DNA of 64,000 nt from Marsupella aquatica (Eukaryota; Plantae; Marchantiophyta), in contig OZ316898.1 of the NCBI GenBank assembly GCA_973895155.1, forward strand, positions 5,443,079-5,507,078, written 5' to 3'. Below, one piece after another: positions 13,250-25,256 of this stretch. Every line of letters starts with the position of its first letter. The first letter of the stretch is position 1. Both the position numbers and the translations under genes were made by a program. The notes under the pieces were generated by a model that did no database searches, had not been told where the DNA came from, and worked only from the letters and a program-made list of their open reading frames with translations.

Positions 13250-15640
13250 CAGAACTCGACACGAGAGCCTCGTTTCGCAGCTATGTCGGTAAAATTTGTT
13301 CCACAGCGCCGGCGAGACTCTCGCGTCGCAGCGATGTCGGTAAAAATTTGCACCCCCAAAAAAAACCGAGCTGCAGAAAGAGAGAGCACCGACACTCCAT
13401 CGCCCCAATCATTAGGAGTCCATCCAGTCGGGTGAGACCCAGAAAGGGATGGCGCAACCCTCACCGAATCAGAGTGGTACAGAAGTACTTCCCGCATCTT
13501 CAGCAGGGATGACGAATCTACTGTAGAGTGGAGAAGAGCAGAGCTGGCGGTGGTGAATTGATGAGGAGAGGAAAGCAGAGGAGAGATGAGATGTTGTCAT
13601 TCGGAATTGGAGTGTCGACATCCTCCCCTTTGCCCTCCGGTAGCACCGGCAAAATCTGTCCCAGCCTCGTTGTCGAAAATAGATGTTGCCATGTGAGGAA
13701 GTATGTTGTCATTTCCCCCGCTTCACGGCGATGCGCAGGAGCAAGCTGCTGTGCTGCATTCCTCCCGCATCTGCGGCTTCCCGCCCCTGCTGTGTGATCG
13801 GCGAACAACACAGAACAAGAAATCGGCAGTAGACGAGAGGACGCCGCTGGAGACGAGAGTACCACGGCAAGGCGATTGCGAAACGGAGAGTGCGAATTCG
13901 CCCTCCCCGGAAACTTCGCTTTGGCCGAAGAGTCTCCATGTCCTCATTTCCGCGGTTCCGCCCCTACAAATAGTCGTACGTACTGGAGTCAATATTGCTG
14001 TCATTTGCAGCAGATTGAGTCAAAGGGCGTAGAAGAGCCGCTCTCTGATCTGGCTGGTGAAGCTGTGGCGCCAATGCGGAATTCGAAGCACTGAAATTGG
14101 TGCTAGGAGGAGGAGGAGGTGAAGAGGCAGAGGAGCAGAAACGGTAAATCGTTGACGGTGTGGTCTGGCTGGCTGGCTGGACAGCTGGGAAGTTTCCTGA
14201 AGGAATCGGTGAATGAATGATTCAGGTGGGTCTAAAACAGGGGGTGGGTCCTTTGTCTCAGTCCAGTCTAGGCCACGAGTGATTTTCTTTCGTAACATTT
14301 CTAATGCGTGTTTGGGAGAGAGGGAAATGTGAACAGATGGGTTACAGAGATGTGTATTTGCACAGAGGATGATGCTATTGGAGTAGAGCAGAGTGGAGAG
14401 GATTAGAGTGCAGTGCAGGGGCAGGTATTTCGATTTTAGAAGCTTTGGATTTTGTTTCAAATTGATGTAAGTTGGGAGATCACGCCGGTAAAGAATTGGG
14501 TCTGAGCGACCGTTAAGTCCTATTATGCTGACGAGAGAGAGTACATTTAGAAATTCTGAGAGTGAGGGGTTTTGGTCTAAAAGTACACTGGCTTTTGATT
14601 TAAAAGTGTACGGAAGAGAGACAAATTTGGGAGCCCGAAGGCAATTTCTGCTGCAGCAATCTCTCTATCTATCTCAGTCCCACGTCTAGACAAGGGAGGG
14701 CGACCTTGAAATGAATTTCTTCCCATGAGCTGAATGAGACGAGTTGAGAATAGTGAACGGGGCAGATATAGGCAGGGGGAAAACGGCTTCGATTAGAGGG
14801 TCTAGGATCTCTAAAGGAAAGAAATTGTTCGAAGACAGACCAGCCATTTTACCGGATAAGTCAGAGCCTGGGCCATGAATCCAATTACCTGGATGGACAA
14901 ACACTAACGGGACGAAAGACTCTTGAATTCAATTGAGCTCGATTACCTCTTGAATTCAAATGAGCTCGATTACCATCGAGAGTGCACCAAAAGGGCAGGA
15001 GATGGACAAGTCAAGACACCTATTTCGAGAGATATTGGGGGATTGTATATGTCCTTCCTCACGATCTTTTTCATTACTGTTTCATATGATTAGTTCCGCA
15101 TTTTCAAGCAGTCTGTGTTGTGGCTGCTGACCAGGGTCGGAATCTCCACAAGGGGTGCGAGAGTATTATTGTCGAAATCCAGCGACCCTAAGTGGACTTT
15201 GTGTTGAGGACATAGTGGTCTAGAAAAGTATCTCAGAGGGGTGTCTTCAGATGTTCCTGGAGAGGATAGAGATTACAGACACGGTCAGTGCAGTTTCTGG
15301 TGAAACAGGAACGAACTCGATGTGAATGTTCGGGTCCGAAGAGACAGAGAGAGTGGGGGAGAGAGGGAGAGACATTGGTGATATAGAGAATGCAGGCAAT
15401 TGTAAACCGCTGTCGACTGTTGGTCTAGATGACCTTGCACCGTCGTCGATATTGTAGTTTCTTTCCGTCAGAGCCTTCAACAATATCTGCGATTGAAGAG
15501 AGTTTGATCCTTACGGACTTTGTGGAATCCAGTGCTTTCCTAATCTTAACCCTAGTCTCAGTGACCCCTAATCCTCCAATCAAGAGAGCGAGACGGTGAG
15601 AGACAGAGATGTCAAAAAAATCCGTGGATTGCATTATAAG
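13250..15640 (+). mobile_element. Probable decayed retroelement ORF (gag / LINE ORF1-like); family not determined
   Basis: Purine-rich, GC-richer block. The frame from ATG 13449 (MAQPSPNQSGTEVLPASSAGMTNLL*SGEEQSWRW*IDEERKAEER*) is broken by TAG/TGA stops; duplicated leader motif at 13262-13350. No diagnostic domain recognised. Confidence 0.3.
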
Positions 15641-16723
15641 CTATTTGGCACTCTGCTTTGGTTGTTTACAGGGCAAATAAACGTTTTCATAAGGTTGTGA
15701 ATTCGTGAGATCTGGTGAAGCAGAAGTAGTTTTTCTTGCGTTGTCATCAGCGGCCTTTCTGTACTCACGTCAAGGCGACCAACATCCTTCCAGTTTCTCC
15801 ATAGCCCATTCTGTAAGTATATATCTCCTATCATTTAATTGCACTTTAGCAGAACAGAACTGAAGTTGTCCGCATTGTTTCATAACTGATGGGCAGACTA
15901 AAATTATGTCGCATTGTGGTCATTGTACAACTCCAGCACGTTGATTGGTACATGCTAGGAATAATGCTCGACTAGGTCAGCCGAGTGTATCCGACAGTAC
16001 GATGATATTTATGATCATTGGATGATCGTAGGAAGGACCTCAGGGTTCGCTTCTGTCCAACCTGGTTAGTAGCTCTTCAGAGTTAAAACCAATGCACAAG
16101 TACACTACTCTGCACTATCTCAAACTTTACGCAGGTGCATGAGCGCTAGTTTACGGAAACGATGGCAGATGATAGTAGTCTGCAAGTGAGTGTGCACCTA
16201 AAGTAGTGTCTGACAAGGCTCATCCGAGTGACTCACCTTTCACCGTTGCCAAGTGTAGAGTCAGCTCACGAAAATGTTACGAATTTGATTACAGATGTTC
16301 AGTGTTCTTCATAGGATGGGTTACTAGGGCACACAGATCACTCGCCTACACTGTAATGTTGCAGTGAAGGCAACTGCAAAAATTGACTTTTGAAAGTGAC
16401 GCCAATTGCTGGCAACATTCTGTGAAGATGCTATAAGGTAGGGTGATTGGTGCTATGGTCTAGAGAGAAAACATTACAACCTCTGATCCAAAGGTCTGGC
16501 CAGTTATGGGAACTTGACGATTTGCTGCCAAACTTTGAATTCCTCCATGGCGCATTACCTTTTGTCTACAGGAGTGTCTTGAGAAGTTCTTGCGTCGCTC
16601 TTATAAGGGAGTTTAACATAAAGAAGATCAGATCCTAATGGCTTCGAGAAATTATTTTGAAAGTGAAACTGTGTCTTTTTTTTGCGTCCAGCTGAAGTTG
16701 TTGATCTACAAGCTCCTTCCACG

Positions 16724-19037
16724 ATGTCGACGGACTGTTCCCAATCTATCGATTTGTCATGTTATGACAAACCCTACTCGTTGAAGCTGAAGATCGGCGC
16801 TGTATTCGCCATTTTTGCTGCCAGCGTCCTGGGGATCCTGATCCCTATCATGGGGAAGAGAATGAAATACCTGAGAACGGACAATAATTTCTTCTTCGTC
16901 ACCAAATCGTTTGCTGCGGGGGTAATTCTGGCAACGGGGTTCTGCCACATGATGCCGGATGCCGCGGACACCCTCTCCAACCCTTGCTTGCCAGCGAATC
17001 CCTGGGGTAAGTTTCCATGGTCCGGATTCATTTCCATGATATCCGCTCTGCTGACTCTCATGGTGGACGCCTTGGGCACGGAGTACTACGAGAAAAAGCA
17101 CGGCTTCTCAGCTCATTCACACGGCTCAGGGATGGTTGCACAGCACCACCCTGGTTCTGATGCCACCGGACGCATCGGCACCGAGCGGCAAGTCGCCGAT
17201 GACTCGGCTGCTGATGGAAAGGGGCAAGCGCTAGGAGTGATGGAGGCGGGTGGAGGAGACCTAGAGAGCAAAGACGGACGACTGCAGGGACAGCACGGTG
17301 CTGGGGAACTAACTGCTCTGGAGGAAACCACGCTTCGGCATGTTGTCATCTCACAGGTATGTGAACATTTTCTTCCGGTTTCGCTCCTCTTCGTCAGATG
17401 TTTTAGTTTTTTGCTGTATCGATAGAAAATTGTTGTCACTCACAGAATTTTTCCGTATCCAGAGGTAGAGTCTCGCGCATCATGCGGGATCCTCGTGGTC
17501 CTTGATCGCTCTAGTGCCTCACTGACCCGCATGAGAGGGATCTTTCATCACACTCTTTCCGACTGATTGACCAGATAGGGCATCTATGACCCCACTGAAG
17601 CCAATGGTCGTGCAGAATATGGTTTTCTGTTTACATTACACTTCACTTGTATGGAATCGTCTCCAGATTTCGTGGGGTTGTCCTTAAAATTTGTATGATT
17701 GGGAGTACCTTGTGACGGGTTTTTTGTCTCGCTTGTACCTTTTGTTCTGAGCCATGTTGTGCTGCCAAAGCTCAGATTGTGAGCTTTTTTGTATTTCCTA
17801 GCCGAAAGGTGCCACTAATTGCCGTTTATCAGGCTCACTCGCACGATCTCATTACCCGACAGCAACAGCTAAACAGTGTACCGTTGTTGCTTCGCAGGTC
17901 CTAGAGCTGGGAATACTTGCACATTCTATAATCATTGGAATCACTTTGGGAGTCTCGTCTAGCCCTTGCCGTATCCGACCACTGATGGCCGCGCTTGTCT
18001 TCCATCAATTCTTCGAGGGCTTTGCACTGGGAGGGTGCATCTCTCTGGTACGTCAGGCTCTACAGCAAATTCTGACCACCTAATAAGCTCGTGATTTCAG
18101 GAGCACATCGTCCATGGCCCAAATAAGTTATCTGAACTAAGGATTTAGTCTTGAAAGGTCTTTAAAGTAATAGAAACCTAACAATGATTCAGGGCTCAAA
18201 GGGAAAAGCCAAGTTGAGGCACCAGAGCCGGACGCAAAAGGAATTTTCAATGCCATCCGAGAGGGGCCTCCAGAACACGTAAAGAATTTGTGTTAGCTCC
18301 TCTTATTGGAATGAAGTTGAATCGCAAGGAAGAAATATAAAGTCACATAAAGATTTTGCCTAAGGAAATGTTTGCTCGTCGAATTAGGAAGCTAAGAGTA
18401 TTTCAAGCTGTCTCCATTTTGCATAATTTTCGCTTTCCAAAGAATACATCTGAAGTGACTCCTATGAAAGATTGAGCAAACGGTGTCGAAAGTGATCTGA
18501 GTACAGATTGTCAGCATCTGATTCCAATTCCCAACTGAGAGATTGTTCGCAGCTGACATTACAATGAGAGAATGCAAACCACTCAAAAAGTGAATCGAGT
18601 ATGGCAAAATCATTTTAGAATACAAGCTAGACTGGCAGGAAAAAGTCTGGTGTCCCAACACGGGACGCAAAGAGGCTCTACATACCAGGGCTTCTGACTG
18701 ATTGGTCTGTGGGACTGCTTTGAATGTGCAGGCGGGATTCAGGAGGCTAGTATCCGGAGTAATGGCGGCCTTTTTCGCACTGACTACTCCGATCGGGGTC
18801 TGCCTCGGCCTCGGAATCCAAAACAGCTACAACGAGAACAGTCAGCAAGCTCTGATTGTGGAGGGCATTTTTGACGCCATATCTGCTGGAATTCTCATTT
18901 ACATGGCTTTGGTTGACCTTATTGCCGCCGATTTCTTGGGTAAGAGGTTACGGAGTGACCGTCAACTGCAAGTGATGGCATATATCGCCCTATTTGCAGG
19001 ATCCGGGGCCATGGCAGCAATTGCCATTTGGGCATAG
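16724..19037 (+). CDS. ZIP: ZIP-family Zn/Fe transporter (ZIP4/IRT3-like), ~362 aa
   Basis: Exons 16724-17356, 17898-18047, 18732-19037, all phase 0. Motifs [16 protein letters not shown], His-rich loop [58 protein letters not shown] and terminal WA. A likely splice acceptor at 16691 suggests an upstream exon, so the N-terminus is uncertain. Confidence 0.95.
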
Positions 19038-19966
19038 TCAATTATTTAACTCTCCGCCCACCCACCCCGACCCACCAAATCCAATTAATCCACAGCGAGG
19101 ATTGAGCACCAGCATTGAGTGATTGTGTTCATAGGGAGCTTGCCCCGCCATATAAGAGATGTAATTATAGCAATTTTGAACTGGTCAGGGCTTCACTCTA
19201 AAATAATGTAGGTTACCCCAAAATCCCTTAGCTCAAAGGAATCCTTAACTTCACAACAGGATCCATTCCACTCCACTTAGTCTCATCTCGACGTGTACAC
19301 TACTGAACAACGACTACGATTCTATTCAAAATTCCAATTAATCGATTACTGTCTCAAGTTGGTCGTTCCTCCATGCATTTACAAAGGTTCTGGTGTCCGC
19401 ATCTTCCATTCACGATTCGCTGCCTCTCTTTCGACCAGGATTCTGACGAGCGTGGCTTTTCCCATGAAAGGCGCCATACGTCATGAAAAGCGCCATATAT
19501 GTAAACAAACTCCACAAATCGTACTCAAATATACCGTTCATTCTCGAAGTTTTTCTCTCGCTGAAGCGCTCAAGTTGACCAGCTACACCTACGAAGCTGA
19601 ATTGCTTTACACTGAAAGTACTCACAACTAGATTGCATTGAAGTGGGAAAGCAGGGCGCAGCAAGCTTGTCGATAATTATCCTGTCTCTTTGGGCACAGG
19701 GTTAGAGCAAGAAATTACGTGTTCTTTACGAATTCACACAGTTTGATTGGATTGGAAGTGTGTGGCGGAAAGGAAAGCCAATCAGTTTTTATTTTTGGCC
19801 CTTTGAATATTTTATTTTGGAAAATGAAAACCCAGAAGAGTATATAACGGGGACCAGCTGTCCTTAGGCTAAATGTTGAACCTAAAATATACAAGCTCAT
19901 GAGAGTTCAACCTGTACAGACTTGAAATTCTACTCTAGAAGCCATTTTACTCAGTCTACTGACGTC

Positions 19967-20275
19967 GCTTAGGCTTCAGTTTCCTTCATCACAATTTTGG
20001 GTCCTGGGGTTTCCCATCCTTTGTATTGTTTTCAAGGTTCATTACACCTCTATAATTTAGTGTTACGTAGCTTGGGCTTCATTTTCCTTATGACCCTTTT
20101 GGCTCACGATGGGTTTGCCATCCTTTGCTTCGTTTTCAAGGTCTAATACATCCTCTATACTTAATTGTTACATAGCTTAGGCTTCATTTTCCTTTATTAC
20201 CCTTTTGGGTCCTGATCGGTTTCCTATCATTTGTATCGTTTTCAAGGATGAATACGCCTCTGTACTTTATTGATT
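19967..20275. repeat. Tandem repeat, 3 x ~104 bp, between the convergent ZIP and GH17 genes
   Basis: GCTTAGGCTTCA..TTCCTT...CATCCTTTG...GTTTTCAAGG...CCTCTATA units at ~19967, 20070 and 20175. Confidence 0.8.
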
Positions 20276-21572
20276 AATAAAGAATATCACATGGGGTTTC
20301 CACCCAGGCTTAGAAAAATGCGAATATTAGGATTCACGTCCAAGCTGAGACAGCCAGCAGCAGTGTTCTGAATTCACTCTTTGGTTATATTGACCTAATT
20401 GGTTCTATTTGCTTTAGAGACTGGATGAGAGTGAAAATATTGGAGAGAAGTAAAGCAGGGGGAAAGTTTATATGTATACCGCATAAGAAAGCACTAACAG
20501 AATTACCACTAGTCATCTCGGAGCTTCAAAGCACCCTTTTTTAAGTAGTATGAAGATGTATAGTTGCCCACAAACAGACTTCGCTTTATCTGCAGACCTG
20601 TTGTTTGTGCACTGAACATGCTCAGCATTGCAAATGTCTGTACTGTAAACGGGATTCCATGTTCTGCGAACGTTGCATGGTGTTTTAAGTTTTCTCATGG
20701 TTTTCATTGCCTCTAATCAATGCTCTCTGGCGTTTGTAAAGGTGAAGGTCTTCTCTTTATGATGTTTCTGTGCAACTCGAACGCTGCGCTGAAGTGTTCT
20801 CCTTCGTCTGGAAGTGCTCTCTCTACATTAATAGATATACAAATTCCACAAATGCGGCTCCCTTCTAATTTTCCTCCCTCAAGATGGTCGACCTGGTTCC
20901 ATTGACCACAACAACGAATCCAATTTAGCCACTGGCCGGCCTCAAGTTCGAAGAGGAAGTTAAGTGAAATAACTTGAACTCGTAGAACTACCTAGGATGC
21001 GTGGAGCACAGTTCATACATACAGAAGTCTACTATTTCACATGGATTTATTAGTTGTTTGGCACTTCGAAATGTGACCATGAAGGAAACCAGAAATCACA
21101 CTGACTCAGATCCAGTGCCAGTGAATCAGGACTTTCTGCCTTAGAAAGATGATTTTACTGACTCGGCTAATCAGCTCGATCAATTTATGATCTCAATTCT
21201 TAAAATAACATGATGTGTTGAATGGGGGGTTGAATGGGTTTGAAAGTATCATACAGTTTCACTGCATTTCGAAAGTCTCAAAATGCAAGTTAGTCTATAG
21301 CTTCAATTCTGTTTCTAATCTTTTCTACTACTCTATTGTTCAATCTTCTATTGAAGTCACGTAATTAAAGTCTCTGTTGAAGTCAGACTTCGTGTAATGC
21401 TTGGAGCAGCACCTACAGATGTGCAACAGCTCGGGCTACTCAACTACGATCATTTGTAACTGCCACTCTGATCGAGAGAATTTGGAAGACAAGTTCGGTG
21501 ACGCGACGTCCTCCTTTGCCAACGTTTAGCCAAAACCAATGATCGCCTTCTGACCTGCATTGGCTTCGAGCA

Positions 21573-24355
21573 TCAGGGGCTGTTGCCTATGCTGTTGTCG
21601 CTGCTGATGGTGCTGATGGTGCTAATGGTGCTGATGTTATCGCTGCTGTTGTTATCGGGGTTGGTATCGCTGCTGTTGTTATGAGGGTTGTTATCGCTGC
21701 TGTTGTTATCGGGGTTGGTATCGCTGCTGTTGTTATGAGGGTTGTTATCGCTGCTGTTGTTATCGCTGCTCAAGTAATCGCTGCTGTAGATGCTGGTGGT
21801 CGGGCTGGTGGTGCGGGTCCCGTCAGTGTCGCTGTTGTCACTAGGTACACGCCAAACTGGTACTACTTGAGGAGGTCCATCGACAAAATCAGGATCGGCA
21901 AAGTCGACGGGATTACGGACTGGATGATTACCATTGGCAGAAATTGCTGGTGGCGGTAAGGGATCCAATACTACTGCCGGTGCTGAGGGAGTCACGGGTA
22001 CTATATTGCAATCAGCCAGCTCCATGGGATTATCTGGAGTACTACGGTATGCGGGGGTTGCAGCAACTTCTGCTCCATCTGGTAAGGGCATTAGTTGCGC
22101 TTCCTGTGTCACAAAGTTGGGGTCAGCCAAGTCGATTGGGTATACTGGACTACCATCGGCATTGAGGAGGCCCCAGTAGCGTTCATAGTCAGGACCGGGC
22201 TTCTGGTTCTCGTTGAAGAGAGCGAAGATGAACACTAGAGTCCGCACATCAGGTCGTCGAGGAGTGCCCTTACTGTATACGTGCCTGATCAAATTGTCGT
22301 TGAAGAGCTGAGCATTTTGTATCGTTGCTGCGCTACCCCCAGCTGTTGGCCAACCCGTCTCGCCCACCGCAAGTGGCAGATCTGGAAATCCGGAGTCCAC
22401 CAATGCGTGGAAGGCTGCGTCCAGCATGGAGTCGAAGAGATTGTAATACGGCAGGTCTGACCAAGCATCCGTGAAGGCAGGTTCTCCGGTCTGGAATGCA
22501 GCATACGCGAACGGGACAGCGACGTTGTCTGCGATGTGTGCGTAATAGCTGCAACAAGAGGAAGTGGAAGTCCAACTTGAGTATGTACACTCAGTAGTTC
22601 ATTCAGTCCCTAGAACAATCTATCATGGGTCACATCCACTTCATCCTCTCTTTGTAATGGCTTGAATGAATTCTTGCAGATCATGAGAACCGAAGACCAA
22701 GGAAAAGGTCGGTCGCTTTCCTCAGCTATGAAACAAATTAATTAGATCAAAAAGAGAGCACAATTTGAGGGATTAGAATATTTCTTAATTCTGGCCCACA
22801 GTCTGCTCACCAGCATAATGTATTTGATGGTAAGCATCATGCACTACAGTACAAAGCAACGAGCACTGAGACTAAGTAGCTGTGACACTTCAAACTGGAA
22901 AAAAGCCATAGCAGTTAGATACGCGACGAGAAGACAAAGGCAACTTACGGATATAAGTTGATGAAAAAGGTGGACCGTGTATCTTGGAGGAATTGTAGCA
23001 GGGGGCTCATGTAATCCAAGAGTCCGAACTGGCCACTACTTGGGGGCCACATGTTAGCCAAAATTTCACCGCTCAAAGGTGAGATGACCTTTATTGCATT
23101 GTGCAGATCCCGATTCATCAATGCGCCGTGAATGTTCTTCAGAGATTGGATCAAATACTGCCCGTTTGCCTCGATATTCCCCCTTCGTAAAACCTCATTT
23201 CCCACCGCAATGAACGTTATCTTGGTGGCAGGATAAAATGGGACGACGCTATTGTCCACCCATGTGTCTGAAGAATCAACAAATGACGAACTGTAACTGT
23301 CAAGCATCAGACGACGGTTGTGGTAGTGCCGAATTTGAAAGCTTATGTACTTCGCAAAATAGCTAGCTCAGCATTGCGTAGTTACTTTATGAATACAAAG
23401 TAGAACGGACTGGGCATATATGTTGTCTGAAAGATTATGAGGAGAATCTAATTCATACAAAAATCTTCGAGTACATATAATGTTTCTATCGAGTATTTCC
23501 ATTCTACTTTTGATGCCAGTCCCGGGGCCAGTCCACTGTTAACAGCATTTGTAATGACGTAGCTAATCACGATCCAGGAACAGAAGGACTGCCTAGGAGC
23601 GACTGAAAATGCACGAGAGAACACCTGCTGCATCTGGACTAGTCGCAATAGCTTGCAGTTCGTCGTTCTGGACTGATACTATGACCTCATGGGGACGATT
23701 GCTGAGAGCATAGAGGACTTCGGGATTGGCGTCATATAAGCGCACAGCCCCAACGCGCAGGTCACCAAGTAGCTCGACAATCCTCGTAATGCTTGGGAGA
23801 TTGTCTCCCATAAAGCCAAGGTTGACGCCGATCGGCCTGTTTCCTGAAACAACAGTCCATCCCGTGATAGAGATTTGGCGTCAAAATTAAGGACTGGATC
23901 GTGGACGACAATCTGAACGCTATAAGTTTTCTAGAACAAACCTCTTCTGATGTGCATTTAATTTACTAGATCATCAACAATTCGACAGCTTTAATAGCAA
24001 TTGTTAGCCATCAACTGGGTACATTCTGGCATGCATGGCATTGTCAGCTCGACGACATACACAGCTAGATGTGGACAGTAGAGTTGACAGCAGACAAGAG
24101 ACGGGCTAACTAGTTCAGTTCCATGCCAGACAACGATCAGAACCACAAAAACCTGAGACAGCACTTCGGTTGTACTGACTAATCCATCGTTAAAGTACCG
24201 ACCAATATCCATTTCTGAGCTATCTAGCTGCTTTGCTGCTGCAGACTAGCTAGGGACATACCTGAGACGTGTATCGTACAAGTTGAAACAATCAACAACA
24301 CCGCCAAATACACTACTCCCAGTCTCAGGACGAAATTCTTACCCTGCCGCGCCAT
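21573..24355 (-). CDS. Secreted glucan endo-1,3-beta-glucosidase (GH17), ~535 aa, with Pro-rich and Ser/Asp/Asn-repeat C-terminus
   Basis: Exons 24355-24262 (signal peptide MARQGKNFVLRLGVVYLAVLLIVSTCTIHVS), 23843-23625 (IGVNLGFMGDNLP, VRLYDANP), 23267-22949 (IAVGNEV acid/base, FFINLYP), 22548-21573 (VGETGWPT nucleophile, FALFNENQKPGP..ERYWGL). Phases 1/1/2 are consistent. Confidence 0.93.
21580..21790 (-). repeat. Coding minisatellite (SSDNN..., including a perfect 2 x 54-bp unit) in the GH17 tail
   Basis: 21637-21690 is repeated exactly at 21691-21744; it sits among shorter SSDNN and STI repeats. Confidence 0.9.
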
Positions 24356-25144
24356 CGATCAGTGCATTCAATGAAGAAGATCAGGATCGAGGAGTTAATG
24401 ATACTAGCTAATGCTGGTCAGAAGAAGGCAAATTGAACGAGGATGCAAAAGCTCGTCAAACTAAATGATAATTGATCAATTGCTCACTTCCTGAGTAATG
24501 AAGTGTGCATTCAAAGGCTCTAACACAAGTCTGAATGAGCGAAGGAAATCTCGAACGCAAAGAAACAAATGAGAGAGCTCGAAATTGGAGGAGAGCACAG
24601 ACTTGAGTCACCTTGAAACCCACAATGCTTCGGAGCCGTGGATCGAGAGTCGTTCCGAATTAATCCGTTTCACGAAACTGGAGCGCTTCAAACGTTCGCC
24701 CGAATTCTAAATCTTGGTATTGAATGTGACAATTTAGAATTTCAACTCTCGACACGTTCAAATACTCTTAATTGATGTTTGCGTTCGAGTTTGAGCTCAA
24801 AGAGTCACAACAGCTTTGACGTAAGAGTAGTTGTGCTGTAATATGACAGACAGTCAATGTCCCATTGACACTATCTGCCCTTACATGTATCTTCATGTAT
24901 CTTACACTGATTTATGAAAAGAAATTCGATACGTAAAAATATACATCATTATAGTTGAAAGACCAGTATGTGGGTCTAGCTATTTAACACAATTTTATAA
25001 AGATAATTCAATGACAAGCAAAAAGACTCCATGATTCTATTTGGAAACCAGCTCAATGTTTTTTTTTTCTATTTTTTTAAATAATTAATGTGCACAAATT
25101 TATTGTTGTATGATTGATGTCAAAAGCTCACCTATATTCATCAT

Positions 25145-25256
25145 CATTTTACAAGAATGGCTTGGACTGAGCCCCCGATTACCAATAACTGTGAAAATGC
25201 CATTTACAAGAATGGCTTGGACTGAGCCCCCGATTACCAATAACTGTGAAAATGCC
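25145..25256. repeat. Tandem duplication (~55 bp x2)
   Basis: TTTACAAGAATGGCTTGGACTGAGCCCCCGATTACCAATAACTGTGAAAATGCC occurs twice. Confidence 0.9.

Noticed and set aside
16638-16691. Upstream ATG extending ZIP via a 29-nt intron or a one-base poly-T error
   Set aside because: The intron would be too short; CTAAT + poly-T + CAG looks like an ordinary 3' splice site. Cannot be settled without reads.
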